A DNA stretch of 60,560 nucleotides, the filler included, from Candidatus Coatesbacteria bacterium (GTDB lineage: Bacteria; JAFGND01), in assembly GCA_016927185.1 (NCBI GenBank). It is 6 parts of 6 records of this genome, joined end to end, with 100 filler letters (N's around TTAATTAATTAA, not from the genome) between each part and the next. Parts side by side here need not be neighbours in the genome. Positions count along the whole stretch, not along the records: positions 50,086 to 60,560 come from JAFGND010000046.1; 5 more parts are not named here. The stretch is one strand, 5' to 3'. Below, one piece after another: positions 59,316 to 60,560 of the stretch. Every line of letters begins with the position of its first letter. The first letter of the stretch is position 1. Under the pieces are notes generated by a model. It made no database searches. It was not told the DNA's origin and saw only the letters and a list, made by a program, of their open reading frames with translations. A program made the translations under genes and the position numbers.

Positions 59316-60196
59316 CTATTCACGAACAGGTTATACTTTACCTCACTTGCTTTTCTTACCATTGCATTTACACCACAGTATTTGTTTTCAGACATTGAAG
59401 AAGCTTCTGCCACTTTCTCTTCCTTCAAATCACCAAATGCATGAATATTAACATTGATTTTTGTTATCACTTTAGGATTATCAGCTGCTATCTCTCCTTC
59501 AATTTCTAAATAGAGCTTTTCAAGATTCTGCCTCATCTTCTTGAGTATATATGTAATATCCATGCTTGTGCAACCTCCTAAGGCAGCCAACAGAAGTCCT
59601 CTTGGGGATGGTCCTAAATCCTTGCTTCCATATTCAGCAGACAGATCTGTCATTAATTCATGGTTATCAGTAATGCTTTCAAAAGTCAAGTCATCTTTCC
59701 AGTTAAGAACTACCCTGTGAGTTGATTTGGGATCAAAGTCTTTTTCTTCCTTGTTGCATCCACATTTACACTCTTGAGAGTGAGCGAATTCAAAGCAGGT
59801 TTTTATATCTGAGGCTTTTGTCAGCATGGCATGAACAGGGCATAAATTCTTTTCTGCAATTTGATATGCTTGCTTGAACTTCTCTTCATCTACAACTCCA
59901 TATGCTTTCAAGTATACTCTGATATTATCATATATTATTGGATGCTCCTTTGACATGTCCCCTTCCACTACTATTTTAAGATTATCACAATTGATATTCA
60001 TCTTGCTGAGGACCATTTTCAATGTCATTCCGACACAACCTCCCAGTGAAGTCAGCAGGAGCACTTTTGGCTTAGGTCCTTTATTCTGACCTCCACTTTC
60101 TGCTGCAGCATCAACAACAAATGAATGTCCTTCTGTTTCGACATTAAATGCCATGTCTCCCAACCAGTTGAGCTTTGTCTTCAATACTTCTGTCAT
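59312..60196 (-). CDS. Tandem double OsmC-family protein
   Basis: Two OsmC units (GPKPK..LGGC...CPV; GPSPR..LGGC...YCGV) joined by a CKCGC linker. Confidence 0.88.
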   Translation of the reverse strand: MTEVLKTKLNWLGDMAFNVETEGHSFVVDAAAESGGQNKGPKPKVLLLTSLGGCVGMTLKMVLSKMNINCDNLKIVVEGDMSKEHPIIYDNIRVYLKAYGVVDEEKFKQAYQIAEKNLCPVHAMLTKASDIKTCFEFAHSQECKCGCNKEEKDFDPKSTHRVVLNWKDDLTFESITDNHELMTDLSAEYGSKDLGPSPRGLLLAALGGCTSMDITYILKKMRQNLEKLYLEIEGEIAADNPKVITKINVNIHAFGDLKEEKVAEASSMSENKYCGVNAMVRKASEVKYNLFVNS

Positions 60197-60461
60197 AATT
60201 CCTCCTATCACTTTTATTTAAATCTAATAATAATTTATGCAATCTATGAAAAATGTCAAGTCTTAAAGATAGACTGACTTTAAAAAAAATCCTTTCTTCC
60301 ATTTCCAATGCTTATATACAAGTGATTTGAAGAACAATACCTCAAATGGGGCAAAGGTAGTTTTCCCTGGTTCTGAAAAATACTCCAAATGAGGTAATTT
60401 TGTAAATGCTTTACAAACATTGATTTATCTGGCAGCCTGTAAGAAATTCGTTGCCTCTGCT

Positions 60462-60560
60462 TATAATTTTTTTCCTGAAATAATTATATGGAAAACCATT
60501 CCTGATGATTTACTAGCAAGCATTTCTTTTTAATTATGAATCATAAAATTATATAAAACA
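60462..60560 (-). repeat. ~100-bp dispersed non-coding repeat, copy B
   Basis: Reverse complement of 132-230; runs to the window end. Confidence 0.85.

Overview
This window is AT-rich bacterial DNA made of six contigs joined by 100-nt N/TTAATTAATTAA spacers (11887-11986, 24727-24826, 35195-35294, 46521-46620, 49986-50085), so adjacency across spacers means nothing. The organism looks like an anaerobic diderm: it has LPS-heptose genes, ptb-buk, and many signal-peptide proteins with T9SS-type C-terminal domains. An FCB-related candidate phylum is my inference. Housekeeping and accessory content includes glmS, icd, accA, archease-rtcB, a heterodimeric ABC exporter, an ars/redox cluster with a deleted acr3, a DnaJ/CbpA-like gene, adk, queH, hpt, tRNA-fMet, WD40 lipoproteins, two DNA methyltransferases, wrbA, a phage-like relic, rph, coaBC, rfaE2 and a double OsmC. 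The main finding is missed by the ORF track: two adjacent genes (33662-34423, 34495-35031) for exported thioredoxin-fold selenoproteins, one Omp28-like (UPYC) and one TlpA-like (UPSC). Each has an in-frame TGA, a SECIS-like hairpin exactly 11 nt downstream with a shared AGTTA loop, and the same C-terminal TWGGIK tail. Other leads are an unannotated RiPP-precursor-like peptide near a Walker-A-less HprK-like protein, an attenuator upstream of the ABC exporter, a candidate structured sRNA, a near-identical T9SS CTD cassette on three unrelated proteins, and a ~100-bp dispersed repeat. Family assignments come from motif recognition only; no searches were run.
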